A DNA stretch of 64,000 bases from Eledone cirrhosa. Taxonomy: Eukaryota. Shown piece after piece: positions 15,536 to 32,100 of this stretch. Made by a program: the position numbers and the translations under genes. Location: contig OZ024741.1 in assembly GCA_964016885.1 (NCBI GenBank), forward strand, positions 370,698,001 to 370,762,000. Reading direction: 5' to 3'. The notes beneath the pieces were generated by a model. It was not told the origin of the DNA. It saw only the letters and a list, made by a program, of their open reading frames with translations, and searched no databases. Positions within the stretch are counted from its first letter, which is position 1; each line of letters starts with the position of its first letter.

Positions 15536-16091
15536 AGAGAGAGAGAGAGAGTTGTATAATCTGTGAAAGTGATGTGTAACAATCTGTAGAAATACCATTA
15601 TCCTCTGTTGCCAATTTTTCAGTCATTTATTTTAACAGTTTCTTCCTTTTCCCCCTCACGCTAACTCCTCCCACACTTTCTCCCTCTCTTACACCCACTC
15701 TCTCTCACTCTTCCTCCCACCAATCGTTCTACCTTTCTCCCAATCTCTCCTATTCTAATCATCTCCCCCGTTTTTTTTTTCTATCCACATGTAAAAAAAT
15801 CAGAAAACTCAGATATATTTTACGTTCTATTACCGAACCGTCCAACCCGCACCACACATCAACCCCACCCCACCATATTTCTCCCTACTCCCCAGCCCCC
15901 TCCATAATCACACACAACTCTCTTTCGTGTTACTAAAATAAAATATGTATAGAAATGCTATAGAAAATCTCTCCTTCATTTCTTGTTTTATCATAACACA
16001 CACACGCATCCGTACACCCGTACTCACATGCATACACATACATGCACATATACATATATACACAAAAATAGATATTGTATGCGTATGTATT

Positions 16092-16140
<49 letters not shown>

Positions 16141-16429
16141 ATAAAGATATGAATGCATATATATATATATATATAAATACATATGTATAAATATACATAT
16201 ACATATATATATATTTACATGCATACACACAGACATACTCTCGCATATATATGTACACACACTCACACACACATATATATGTGCATATATACATGTATAT
16301 ACATATACATATATGTACATGAATATATACATATATATATATATATGTATCTACGTATGAATATATATATATATATATATATACATATATATATGTATAT
16401 ATATGTACATATATATATATATGTATATA

Positions 16430-16460
<31 letters not shown>

Positions 16461-16560
16461 ATATTTACATATATATATGCATAAATATATATGTATATAT
16501 ATATATATATTTATACATATATATGTAAATATATACATATATATATATAGATAGATAGAT

Positions 16561-16680
<120 letters not shown>

Positions 16681-16905
16681 GCATGTGTACTTCCCTCCTC
16701 ATGACGTTTTTTGCAGTGGGCTTATGTTTTTCATGGGGTGGAGTCATAGTTTGATAATTCTAAAACTCGTCTCTCCGTCCCCTCTTTCTACTCACCACTC
16801 CCCCTACCTCACCGATCTCTCTATCCCCACCTCTCTTCCTTACTGCTAATTTATTAATTTCCAACTCAAAGATAATGTTTCATATATATTCCTATCGCCA
16901 TCTTG

Positions 16906-16977
<72 letters not shown>

Positions 16978-17241
16978 TATTTGTATTTTATGTTTTTGCA
17001 GTTTACTCTTACAATCACCTCCACTTAGTAAACTGTCAACATTAACTTTATTACACACATACACACACTCACATACACACACATACACACACATACACAC
17101 ACACACACACACACATACACATATACACACACATACACACAGATATATACGTGTTTCTATGTTTCTATGTATATACATTTGTATACATGTATATATACAT
17201 ATTTACACATATATATATATACATATAAATATATATATTAA

Positions 17242-17305
<64 letters not shown>

Positions 17306-17337
17306 TTATATATGTGTATATATTAAAAAAAAAAAAA

Positions 17338-17388
<51 letters not shown>

Positions 17389-17712
17389 CACGCTTACATA
17401 CATACCTATTCACATACATACATACATACATACATGTACACCCTCAAATATATACATATACTATTTATATTTAATTCATATCCAACAAATTACTTGAAAT
17501 AATCTGAGACCAGGTTACATTGTGTTCAATATACCTTACAAGAGAAAGACATGAAAAAACACAAGCTCAATCTAACAACAAAATATATAGAGAAAACAGA
17601 AACATACAGAATTCACAAACATACAAAAAACAGAAACGAGATTTTTGTTCATAAATAAGACAGCCGCTGGAAGCAGTTTCAGTTATCTCCCGATGAAGAT
17701 TTCTGATCTCTT

Positions 17713-17779
<67 letters not shown>

Positions 17780-17796
17780 ATATATATATATGTATG

Positions 17797-17828
<32 letters not shown>

Positions 17829-18940
17829 TATATATGTACATATATACATATATACATATATATGTATATGTGTGTGTGTGTGTGTTTGTATGTGTTTGTG
17901 TGTGTCAGTGTGTATGTGAGCGCTTATGCGATTTGTATGCTTAGATGTAGTTAGTGTGTAAGAATGTTTATATATGTGTGCGTGTGTGTGCGTGTGTAGA
18001 AACTGTAGTATTAAAAGTTCGCTAAGCAACAATGAGGTCTAGGGTTCAATCCAACTGATTAGTGTCTTTAGTTGTACACACACACGCACACATACATGAT
18101 TATATACTTACACATACATTCATTCATTCATCCCCTCACTCATACATACACAAATACATACGGATACAGTTCATATTTTATTATAGGGTAAGTCGCTGAA
18201 TATTCCACCGACACGTGTATCCATAATGTAATTCTCTGGGAGATCCACCGTTACATAGTATGTAACCTAGCTGGTCTTTTGAATTTCAGCTACAATCTAC
18301 TTGACGAACTCCCACACAGTTTCTGCCTACCCAATTTAACTCACAAGGTTTAGGTCAAGCCAGAGCTATGCTAAATGCCCTTGCGATTGCAAAACAAGCT
18401 TCTTAAGCTAATCGACCTTGCTGTGTCACAACACAGTACTTATGTACTTACCAAACATCACCATTTAGCGTGCGTTTTCTTTACTAACAAGGGTCGGTTG
18501 GGTTGTCGTAGACTAAGTCTTTACTTGATCAGAGCTACTGGCCTTTCAGATGGGCTGGGTGCTACATCTGGTGCTACATATATTCTCGCCCTCTACAGAG
18601 TGTACTGGGAGCATTTTATCACGACACCAACACAAGGGAGGTGGTTATGTCTAACATGACTGAACAATTTTCTCCACTCATATTTCCTTAAATGTTCTTA
18701 TGCGGTTTACATTTCATATTTATACTTTCGCTGTTATCGAATTTAAAAACCTACCGCTTATTCTCTCCTCTAATTCCATTACCATCTCTTTTCTTTCTTA
18801 TCTTCATCTTCTGTTGATCTAATTCCATTATCATCTCTTTTCCTTCTAATCATCATTTTCTTCTGTCATCTAATTTCGTTATCATCTATTTAACTTCTCA
18901 TCTTCATCTACTGTCATCAAATTCCATTATCATCTATTAA

Positions 18941-19130
18941 GGGCGGTGGATTGGCAGTATCAGTAGAGGGTCGGACGCCATGCTTTGCAGCATAGTTACG
19001 TCCCTTTACGGACTGAGTTCAAATCCCGCCGAGGTTAACTTTGCCTTTCATCCTTACGGGGTCGATAAAATAAAGTACCAGTAATGCACTGGGTAATTGC
19101 TGGCCTTGTGCCTAAAGTAGAAACAATTAT
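18941..19130 (+). mobile_element. tRNA-derived SINE (family A)
   Basis: A-box-like TGGCAGTATCAG and B-box GAGTTCAAATCC, core gcctttcatccttacggggtcgataaaataaagtaccagt, and an ATT-rich tail. At least 10 copies occur in the window. Confidence 0.85.
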
Positions 19131-19416
19131 CATCTATTTTCCTTGTAATCTTCATTTTCGTTTGTCATCTAATTTCATTATGATCTCATCTTTCTCATCT
19201 ACCTCAACCCTATCATTTAATTCCATTATCGTATCTTTACTGTCTCATCTTCAGCTGCTTCTTAATGTTATTTAGTTATTATTGGGGTCGATTTTATTGA
19301 CTTTGACCGACCTAAGATGGCTGGCCTTGTGCCTAAATTAGAAACCAATATTAATTCTTCCTTCTTATTGACATCTACACCTGTCATGAAATTCCATTAT
19401 TATTTCTACCTAATGG

Positions 19417-20012
19417 AGGGCGGTGGATTGGCAGTAGTTCAAATCCCGTCGAGGGTAATTTTGCCTTTCATCCTTACGGGGTCGATAAAATAAAGTACCA
19501 GTAGCGCACTGGGGTCGATTTAATCGACTTTCCCTCCCTCAAAATTGTTGGCGTTGTGCCTAAATTACAAACCATTATTTCTTGCTCCCAATCTTCAACT
19601 ACTTCTATCATCTAATTCCATTATCATTTATTTTCCTTCCTATTTTCATCCTCTGTCATCCAATTCCATTATAATTTCTTCCTTCTATTTCTGGATTGGC
19701 AGCATCGGTAGAAGGTCGGACGCCATGCTTTGCAGTTGATAAAATAAAGTACCAGTAATGCACTAGGGTAATTGCTGGCCTTGTGCCAAAAGTAGAAACA
19801 ATTATTATACTATTGCAGTATGGTGTATACTATATAACAGTTGGCAGTATCGGTAGAGCGTCGGACGCTATACTTTTTACGCCCCTTTACGATCTGAGTT
19901 CAAATCCAGCAGAGGTTAACTTTTCCTTTCATCTTTACGGGGTCGATGAAATAAAGTACCAGTAATACACTGGGGTAATTGCTGGCCTTGTACCAAAAGT
20001 AGAAACAATTAT
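19417..20012 (+). mobile_element. Cluster of three partial or internally deleted family A SINE copies (19417-19570, 19691-19803, 19841-20012)
   Basis: Homology to 18941-19130. Confidence 0.8.
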
Positions 20013-20402
20013 TTTTTTCTTCCGTCTAATCTTCATTTACTTCTTTCATCTAATCCCATTGTCATTTATTTTCTTACCCTCATCTTCTACCATCTAATTC
20101 TATTATCATCTATTTTCTATATTATCTTCATTTACTTTTGTCTACTGATTATTTGTCATTTATTTGGTTGTTATATTCCGATGCTGTTATTTTCACATAA
20201 AACTGTGAATATTCTCACCACAAACTATTTCCGATAACTAATTCGGTAAGTTTATTTACAGATTGTATTTCACACTAATTGATTAGAATTAGTCACGTTT
20301 TAATAATCTTCCACCAACATTCTGACGGCATCTAGCTAGAATACAGTGACTGCAGTGTTAGTCTAGTTTCACTTTTACCTTTTACACCGGTGAAGTACAA
20401 CG

Positions 20403-20444
<42 letters not shown>

Positions 20445-20710
20445 AGTGTGTGTTTGTATATGTACATATGTATATATATATATATATTATACATACACAC
20501 ACACACACATATATATATATGTGTGTGTACGTGTGTGTGTATGTATATTATGTATAGAGAGAGAGAGAGGGGGGAAGACAGAGAGAGAAAAGAGAGAGGG
20601 AGACAGAGAAAGAAGAGAGAAAGTGAGAGAGAGAGAGAGAGATGAGTGTATGTGAGAGGGAGGGAGTTCATGTTTGTGGCGGGTAAAAAGGATGGGAGGG
20701 TGTGAAAGAA

Positions 20711-20787
<77 letters not shown>

Positions 20788-22146
20788 CAGAGCGACAGAC
20801 AAGCAGACAAGCAGATTCGATATATCGTTACATGAAGGTAGAAATTTGATTCGTGATATTTTTTTCCTTATCTGTTTAGTTAGATGTCCTCTTATAGATG
20901 TAAATTAATTAAAATGAACGGTAATGGCTTCAACTAAGAGTTGAAGACATCTCGGAGACGCTGTATATCAGGTAACTCGTTAGCTACCCTATGGCACTTT
21001 TGTGAAAGAGAAGAAAAAATAGCTAATTATTAGATAGTAATTTTCGCAAATTTTGATGAATTCCTCCGCTGTGGGCTGACGTCAGCAGGTTTTCTCAGTT
21101 TTTTTAACTAAGCATTTTAATTTTTCTCGGCAAAGATGGAGAATGTTTTGATAAATCGCAACTTATATCTTTCCTACGTCATACGACCTTATCCAATTTT
21201 GCAAATATCAGAAAGAAACGGAATAGAAAGGATCTTCACCGTCTTGAAACCAGGTAGTGTGGAGATAACTGTCTTACAAATAATCTCAACTTCCACATTG
21301 TATTGATTGCTATTTTCTTTCGTCTGTACCCATCATAGGTGGCACGAACGTAATTTTTAGTCCTAATCTAATCTAATCTGGCCGAGTTTACACTCGCAAA
21401 TAAGAAGAACCAGGGCCGCCCCTAGGAGCATTGTTTCGGTTGCTGAATACAATCAGGACTCTCTGCTTCTCCTAAAGGTCAATAGTTCTCTTCTTCTCGA
21501 GCGGGAGCGCCTTTCCATTGGGAATTTGCATTGATCATCTGCAAAGCCGCATTGTTCTCAGAACCACTACACCAGTCTTTCGATACGTGCAGCTGGAACT
21601 ACTGTCGGCCATTGGTTTGGCAGGATTCTTTCTTTTATTTTTTGATGGCCGTTGATTCTTATGAGTTCTTCCGCCCTTTGTCAGGGTTTGTTTTTTGTCC
21701 TGCGGGGTGTCCAAAATCACCCTCCTCACCAAGAAAACTTGGTGGGGTTGCCGGTGTAGTCACCGACCACCCGACCAGGCGACAGGTTGTACCAGTAGCA
21801 CTCAAGAGTGACCTGACAGGCACTTACATTACTTTCTGTATATGCTGCAGTGAAAGACGAAAAAAATGTCTTTTCCGGCTGTGGCTTGTTATGTTCATGC
21901 AATAAACGTAAAATACGTTTAGATCAAGTAACATCCATGCTTGAAGCTTTTTTAACTGAAAAAAAAGGCTTTGCTCAGGGCCGGGCCCACATTATTGGCT
22001 GCCATCGTGTTGAAGGTTTTACATTCGTTTTCCTTCTCCTAGAATTATGTCCGAACAAGGAGCAGGGATCTCTCACTCCTGATGAGCTAACCACGCGCTC
22101 GGGCACGAAACCAAGAATTTCCATGTCTGCACGCATATAGAAGCGC

Positions 22147-22286
<140 letters not shown>

Positions 22287-22446
22287 ATATATATATATAT
22301 ATATATATCAGGATCCCGACGGCTGAGCGCCGGCCGGAGCTCACCCGTCGGGGTCCTGAATCTTTTCATATTACCCACTCTACTACCCCAAGTATCGAGT
22401 GTTCTGATGGGGCATGATCTAACTGTTTTTTAATACACCTTATCTG

Positions 22447-22556
<110 letters not shown>

Positions 22557-22775
22557 TAAAATAACATATTAAAGTTTAAGCAAAAAATCGCTGCTTTTAC
22601 CCTTAACGGTATATGTATATGTATATACATATACATATACATATGCATATACATATACATTCATATATCTCTTTCTCAGCAAGGATTATGGAACAAAACT
22701 TACCTGAACACTTAATTTTAAATCTTTAATTTTTAGTTTTTAATTCTTATTAATTCTTTTTAATTGTAATACTCA

Positions 22776-22821
22776 ACATTTGAAAAGATGAATTTTACTA
22801 ATACATCGAAACCAGTAATAC
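22776..22821 (+). ncRNA. Candidate hammerhead with U3-A8 core, weak stem I
   Basis: TTGAAAA-GATG...CATC-GAAA-CcaG-TA. Stem I is ~2 bp. Confidence 0.4.
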
Positions 22822-23007
22822 TTTATATTCATCATATACATTATAAAACTCTTTTTTAAAAGAATTCTCCCTCTCATTTTTTTCAATAATGTCACTTTGA
22901 CGAATCAAAGAAAGGAAAAAAAACAGACCCTAAAATATATTTTCCGTGGTATTTCCAGCTTCACCTTTTCTCTAAAACCACTGTGTTGTATAGAACCTTA
23001 TTTCCCT

Positions 23008-23040
<33 letters not shown>

Positions 23041-23044
23041 GATG

Positions 23045-23095
23045 AGATTCTACAGGACTAGAACTGTTTCATTCTTTAGAAATCATCAGGAATCT
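23045..23095 (-). ncRNA. Type I hammerhead ribozyme (intact core, GUA site, U.U stem II base)
   Basis: AGATTC-CTGATGA-T TTCtaaaGAA T-GAAA-CAG ttctagtc CTG-TA|GAATCT. Confidence 0.8.
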
Positions 23096-23260
23096 GGGTA
23101 TCAAAAAATAAATGGTTTCTTGATGATGGTTATAAGGGGCACAGAGAGTGCTAAAAAGATATATATATATATATGATAAAGATTCCTATACTCTACCAAT
23201 GTACTGAGTTGAGTACCATTTTTAACTGTGAAAAACTCAGGAGTCTTCACACACACACAC

Positions 23261-23357
<97 letters not shown>

Positions 23358-23480
23358 CCCGAGTTCAATCAGTAAGTAAGGTACCCAATACATAGCAGAG
23401 TATATATATTTAATATAGAAATGAAGCAGTTCTAGTCCTGTAGAAGCCATTTCTATATCGAATATATATATATATATATA

Positions 23481-24250
<770 letters not shown>

Positions 24251-24384
24251 TCATATATATATACACACAGTACATATTGAACATTTTAATTTGTATCTGT
24301 AAAACTTGTTCTCATGAACATATGCAGCACAATATGTGTGTGTGAATGTGTGTGTATGTGTGTGTGTATGTGTGTGTGTGTGTC

Positions 24385-24481
<97 letters not shown>

Positions 24482-24599
24482 CAATGAAAGAGTGGAAGTG
24501 AAAGAACGTGACAGTAGAAAAAGAGGGTTGGAGAGGTTTAACTAAGGAATAGCAATGGAAAGAAAATGACTGAATATGTTGACAATGATAGTAATGATA

Positions 24600-24902
24600 G
24601 ACAGTGATGAGGGAAAGAGGGGGAGAGAAGGAGCAAGGGATATAGAAAGAGAGAGAGAGATTAAAGGGAGAGGAGAGAGAAAGATTAAGAGGGAAGGAGG
24701 AAGAGAGAAAGAGAGAGAGAGAAAGATTAATAGGGGAAGAGTAAGAGAGAAAGAGAGAGAGAGAGAGAGAAAGATTAATGGAGAGAGGAGAGAGAAAGAT
24801 TAAGAGAGGGGCTGGAAGAGAGAAAGAGAGAGAGAGAAAGATTACGAAGTGACGAGAGAGAGAGAAAGAGAGAGAGGATTAAGAGGGTAGGAGTGAGATA
24901 GA

Positions 24903-25001
<99 letters not shown>

Positions 25002-25638
25002 AAAAGGGAAGGAGGGAGAGAGAAAGATGAAGAGGAAAGGTGGGAGAAACAAAAATATTAAGGGGCAGAAAGAGAGAGGAAGATTTGGAGGTAGAGAAGG
25101 AGAGAGAAAGAGGGAGAAAGATTAAGAGAGAATGAGAGAGAGTGAAAGAGTAAGAAATATTAAGATGGGAGGAGAGAGAGAGAGAGTGAAAGAGAGAGAA
25201 GATTAGGAGAGGAGATGGGAGATAGAAAGAGAGAGACTAGGAGAGGAGGAGAGAAATAAAGAAAGAGTAGGAGAGGAAGAAAAAGGGAGAAAGAACGAGA
25301 GAAATAGTAAGAGGCAATAAAGGGGAGGGAGAGAAAGAGTCTGAGGGAAGAAGACAGAGTAGGGGGAATAAGGAAGAGTGTGAGAGTAGGAGGGGAGAAG
25401 GAAGGGTGTGATAGAAAGCAAGATGGGGAGGGAGCGATAGAAAGAGAAAAGAGTAGGTGAGGATGAGGAAGGGCATGGTAGAGAAAGATAAGAGGGGAGT
25501 AGGAAGGGAGAGAGAGAAAGAGAAAGAGTACAGGAGGGAGGAGGAAGGGAGATAAAGAGAGAAAGATTAGGAGTGAAGGAGAAAGAGTGAGTGAATAGGA
25601 GGGATGCGGAAGGAAGATAGAGAGAGATATATTAAGAG

Positions 25639-25692
<54 letters not shown>
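24600..25692. repeat. Polypurine (GA)-rich low-complexity tract
   Basis: Direct inspection. Confidence 0.9.
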
Positions 25693-25695
<3 letters not shown>

Positions 25696-26361
25696 TAGGG
25701 GCGGTGAAAGAATTATGGTGGGGTGAAATAAAACCGTAAACGATGAAAATTATACGAGAGCTACAAATTGTAAATCAATAATCATCATCACCATCATCAC
25801 CATCATCACCATCATCACCATCATCACCATCATCACCATCATCACCATCATCACCATCATCACCATCATCACTAACTTCATCATCACTACTAGCGTCATT
25901 ACCACCACCATCATTACACTCATCATCGTTATCATCACACAACTACTATCATCATCATCATCATTATTTTAAAGAGAAATTGAAAACGACAAACAAAAAT
26001 ATCGCAAAAACAAAAACAAACACAAACACACAAGTATAGTAATAATAATATTAATAATAATCATAATAATATTAACGAAGTAAATAATCAAAGAACATGG
26101 CTGCTTAATTGAATATTAACGACGCCAGAATGTGATGGAGACGCCATATATTAGAGGCAATTGTTAGTTTGGGAAGGCAGAATGTTCGAGGCTATTATTG
26201 ATAATAAACTTTGTCAATATGGCGGAGACATAATGTGTTTAATTTAATGGTGAACACACGACAAATACGCAAATACCTATGTAAGTACGTAAAATAAAAG
26301 CTTTATTAATTTGATGATAACACACAGACACACAGACACACAGACACTCACAAACACTCAT

Positions 26362-26454
<93 letters not shown>

Positions 26455-26827
26455 TACACACACACACACTCACACACACACACACACACACTCACACGCA
26501 CACATAGTCACACACAGAGAGAAACAGGCACACAATGACAGACAGAGAGAGGGGGAGAGAGGGTAAAGCCGTGAATATTATTACAAACGCTGTAAATTTG
26601 TAAAAAAATAATACAGTTAAAAGAAAGAAAAAAGGAGGGAAAGTAACAGAAAAACAAACAAACTGCCTAATTGAACATTAACGACGCCATCTTGTAGACG
26701 TAGAGTTATATGAAGGAGGAGGTTGTTTTTTTTATTTATGTTATATATTTGTATATTTGTTTACTTCTAGCTTTGTATCATTTATTTATTTATTTATGTA
26801 TTTTGTAAGACTGAAAAATAATTAGTC

Positions 26828-26864
<37 letters not shown>

Positions 26865-27129
26865 GGGGGAGGGGGGGTATGTATGAATGTGTATATAAAA
26901 AAGACAAGGAAAAACAAAACACAGGAACAATACAAGAAAGGCATATTAGCTTAGCACATGATATAACTGGAAAATATTCTTAACGTTTCATATGCTGGTC
27001 TGTTATCCGAAAGAAGTAGGAGATAGAAAAGAAGATATCTGAGACAGAGATGAAAATTAAGCCAACGATGAAATAAATAGAAAAATAAAACGATAGGGAG
27101 GAGAGAAAGCACATATTAAAGTTAGTCAG

Positions 27130-27238
<109 letters not shown>

Positions 27239-27336
27239 GAGAGAGAGTGGGGGGGGGGAGAAAGAGAGAGAGAGAGACGAGAAAATCATATATTCTCGCC
27301 TGTTTTCAAAATCCAGCAGTTGCAAGAGTGGGAGGG

Positions 27337-27382
27337 ATCGTCCTGATGAGAACCAGTTCAGTTCGAAATGCGCATCGGTGAT
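27337..27382 (+). ncRNA. Canonical minimal type I hammerhead ribozyme (AUC site)
   Basis: ATCGTC-CTGATGA-GAAC cagttca GTTC-GAAA-TGCGCA-TC|GGTGAT, with a palindromic stem III. Confidence 0.85.
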
Positions 27383-28999
27383 TGTCTCCCTTGCTTCTGC
27401 TAGACACCGTCAGACGGCGTTAGCCGCTGGTGCTTTAGCATAGCTACGGCTCTCTAAATATTTATTTTAAATATACCGTATTTCTTTAGAAATACGAAAT
27501 TCCAATACATATTTGTATACATGCCTGAAGCTAAATTCTAATTTAGTTGGTAGAGGGTCGAAACTGCCAAAGTTCATCTCAACGGTCGTTGACCCCGGAG
27601 TTCTGTGTCTTTCGTTTGTATATTTTTTTTTTTTCTTATAATTTAAAGTTTCCCCTTTAAAAAAATGTTTTTCGTTTTTCTCTTATTATACTGTACGTGT
27701 TTGACCTTACTCTAATTTACTGTAATTTAATTTATCTCTAATTCATTGTCAGGTGTGGTGTCTCGTTCTGATATTTACTTAAGTCAGCCACCACTATTTA
27801 ATTTTTACTAAACCACCAAATTTACTGTAATTTGATTTATCTCTAATTCATCTTCATGTGTCTCATTCGGATATTTACTTTAAGCTACCTTGAGTCAGTG
27901 TACATTGTCTAATTGTTTACAGAACCATCTAATAGCTCCTTACCGGTTAGACATGTTGGCCCAGAGACCTCGATTGGCTTCACCGATGTATAATGCAAGC
28001 TGCGGGGAACACTCCTACTGCCCAACCACCCACCCCAGGACATTCCCTATATATCGTAAGATTTCCCTTTGGTGTCTCGCTAATCGAGTGCATGAGTCTC
28101 CTGGAGAGGAAGGATTGGACATCTGGATGTGATCCGTTGAGCTATGGTTAAACGTGGAACTCGCATAGAGTAGAGCTCTCACCCTTCTAGCAATTGTAAC
28201 CCAGTTAAACCATGACTATATAACTACTACTACTTTAGTTTATTGTTAAGATATACCGGTATCTATTTTTAATATAATTATTTCTTTTTAATTTATTTTA
28301 TTATATGTTTCCTTCTAGTTATCGGTTATAATATTCCAACCGCTTATTCACAGTTGTTCTAGACTTACGAGACAGTTGGGTTAGGAAGAGATAGCTGTCA
28401 CTACTACTACAGCAACCGCTGCCTCGCAAAGAGCGGGAGAGGAGGCTTCTTGCATAATTCATTACTACAAAGATGACTTGCTATTTACAACATTCGACGG
28501 TGTGACGTGCGACTGGGATTGACCCACACTTCCGCTATAGAGCTAGAGGTCATACAGGAGCCGGCTCGCGAAGAAACAACAACGCATTCTGCCGTTCCCT
28601 ATATCACAAAAAGGAAAAAAAAATGAGGTTAAAAAAGTGTTTTGAGGAAGTCTAAAAAAATTTTATTGGAGGATTTTTTTTAAATTCAAGTTTTTTTAAG
28701 TTTGTCTGAAAAGCACGGGCTATTGGAAGTGATAGTCCTCGGCGAAATATGTATCAGGGAGATATAAATAAACCTAAATCAACTGCTTATGGCCTCTGAA
28801 CTTGTTAATACTATATAATGCTCCAGCTTGTACCATTTACACTGATCGTTGAGCACTTCATTTATCTGCATCACAGCCGTTAGACCAAAATGGGGCCTGC
28901 ACATTCCTATGTACTCCTATATAATCAATATATATATATATATATATATGAGTGTGTGTGTGTGCGTGTGTATATATATATATATATATAGAGAGAGAG

Positions 29000-29056
<57 letters not shown>

Positions 29057-29130
29057 AGATTCAAAATCTCTAACAGACATTAGAATACAGCCTAAACACA
29101 CTACATTGTGTTAACGTACCATAGAAGACA

Positions 29131-32100
29131 CACCATACTGTAATAGTATACACTATACTGTAATAGTATACACCATACTGTAATAGTATACACTATACTG
29201 TAATAGTATACACCATACTGCAATAGTATAGACCATACTGTAATAGTATACAGCATACTGTAATAGTATACACCATACTGTAATAGTATACACCACACTG
29301 TAATAATATATACCATACTGTAATAGTATACACCATACTGTAATAGTATACACCATACTGTAATAGTATAGACCATGCTGTAATATTACAGACCATACTG
29401 TAATAGTATACACCATACTGTAATAGTATACACCATACTGTAATAGTATACACCATACTGTAATAGTATAGACCATACTGTAATAGTACAGACCATACTG
29501 TAATAGTATACACCATACTGCAATAGTATAGACCATACTGTAATATTACAGACCATACTGTAATAGTATACACCATACTGTAATAGTATACACCATACTG
29601 TAATAGTATAGACCATACTGTAATAGTACAGACCATACTGTAATAGTATCCACCATACTGTAATAGTATAGACCATACTGTAATAGTACAGACCATACTG
29701 TAACAGTATACACCATACTGTAATAGTACAGACCATACTGTAATAGTATACACCATACTGCAATAGTATATACCATACTGTAATAGTATACAGCATACTG
29801 TAATAGTATACACCATACTGTAATAGTATACACCATACTGTAATAGTATACACCATACTGTAATAGTATAGACTATACTGTAATAGTATAGACCATACTG
29901 TAATGGTATACACCATACTGTAATAGTATACACTATACTGTAATAGTATAGACCATACTATAATAGTATAGACTCTATTGTAATAGTATACACCATACTG
30001 TAATAGTATAGACCATACTGTAATAGTATACACCATACTGTAATGGTATACACCATACTGTAATAGAATACACTATACTGTAATATTATAGACCATACTG
30101 TAATAGTATAGACTCTATTGTAATAGTATACACCATACTGTAATAGTATAGACCATACTGTAATAGTATACACCATACTGTAATAGTATACACCATACTG
30201 CAATAGTATAGACCATACTGTAATAGTATACACCATACTGTAATAGTATAGACCATACTGTAATAGTATACACCATACTGTAATAATATACACCGTACTG
30301 TAATAGTATACACCACACTGTAATAATATATACCATACTGTAATAGTATAGACCATACTGTAATAGTATACACCATACTGTAATAGTATACACCATACTG
30401 TAATAGTATAGACCATGCTGTAATATTACAGACCATACTGTAATAGTATACACCATACTGTAATAGTATACACCATACTGTAATAGTATAGACCATACTG
30501 TAATAGTACAGACCATACTGTAATAGTATACACCATACTGCAATAGTATAGACCATACTGTAATATTACAGACCATACTGTAATAGTATACACCATACTG
30601 TAATAGTATACACCATACTGTAATAGTATACACCATACTGTAATAGTATAGACCATACTGTAATAGTACAGACCATACTGTAATAGTATACACCATACTG
30701 TAATAGTATAGACCATACTGTAATAGTACAGACCATACTGTAATAGTATACACTATACTGTAATAGTATAGACCATACTGTAATAGTATAGTCTCTATTG
30801 TAATAGTATACACCATACTGTAATAGTATAGACCATACTGTAATAGTATACACCATACTGTAATGGTATACACCATACTGTAATAGAATACACTATACAG
30901 TAATATTATAGACCATACTGTAATAGTATAGACTCTATTGTAATAGTATACACCATACTGTAATAGTATAGACCATACTGTCATAGTATACACCATACTG
31001 TAATACTATACATCATACTGTAATAGTATAGACCATACTGTAATAGTATAGACTATACTGTAATAGTATACACTATACTGTAATAGTATAGACTATACTG
31101 TAATAGTATAGACCATACTGTAATAGTATACACCATACTGTAATAGTATAGACTATACTGTAATAGTATACACTATACTGTAATAGTATACACCATACTG
31201 TAATAATATACACCATACTGCAATAGTCTATGCGGTAATAGTATAGACCATACTGCAATAGTATACACCATACTGCAATAGTATACACCATACTGTAATA
31301 GTATACACTCTATTGTAATAGTATAGACTATACTGTAATAGTATAGACTATACTGCAATAGTATACACCTTACTGTAATAGTATACACCATATTGTAAGG
31401 GTATACACCATACTGTAATAGTATACACCATACTGTAATAGTATACACCATACTGTAATAGTATACACCATACTGTAATAGTATACACCATACTGCAATA
31501 GTATAGACAATACTGTAATAGTATAGACCATACTGTAATAGTATACACCATACGGTAATACTATAGACTATACTGTAATAGTATACACCATACTGTAATA
31601 GTGTATACCATACTGTAATAGTATAGACTATACTGTAATATTATAGACTATACTGTAATAGTATAGACTATACTGTAATAGTATAGACTATACTGTAATA
31701 GTATAGACTATACTGTAATAGTATATACCATACTGTAATAGTGTATACCATACTGTAATAGTATAGACTATACTGTAATAGTATAGACTATACTGTAATA
31801 GTATAGACTATACTGTAATAGTATATACCATACTGTAATATTATAGACTATACTGTAATAGTATAGACTATACTGTAATAGTATACACCATACTGTAATA
31901 GTGTATACCATACTGTAATAGTATAGACTATACTGTAATAGTATAGACTATACTGTAATAGTATAGACTATACTGTAATAGTATATACCATACTGTAATA
32001 GTATAGACTATACTGTAATAGTATAGACTATACTGTAATAGTATATACCATACTGTAATAGTATACACCATACTGCAATAGTATAGACCATACTGTAATA

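Noticed and set aside
18941-19030. tRNA gene
   Set aside because: A and B boxes are present but there is no cloverleaf, and the sequence is always fused to the same core and tail. It is a SINE head.
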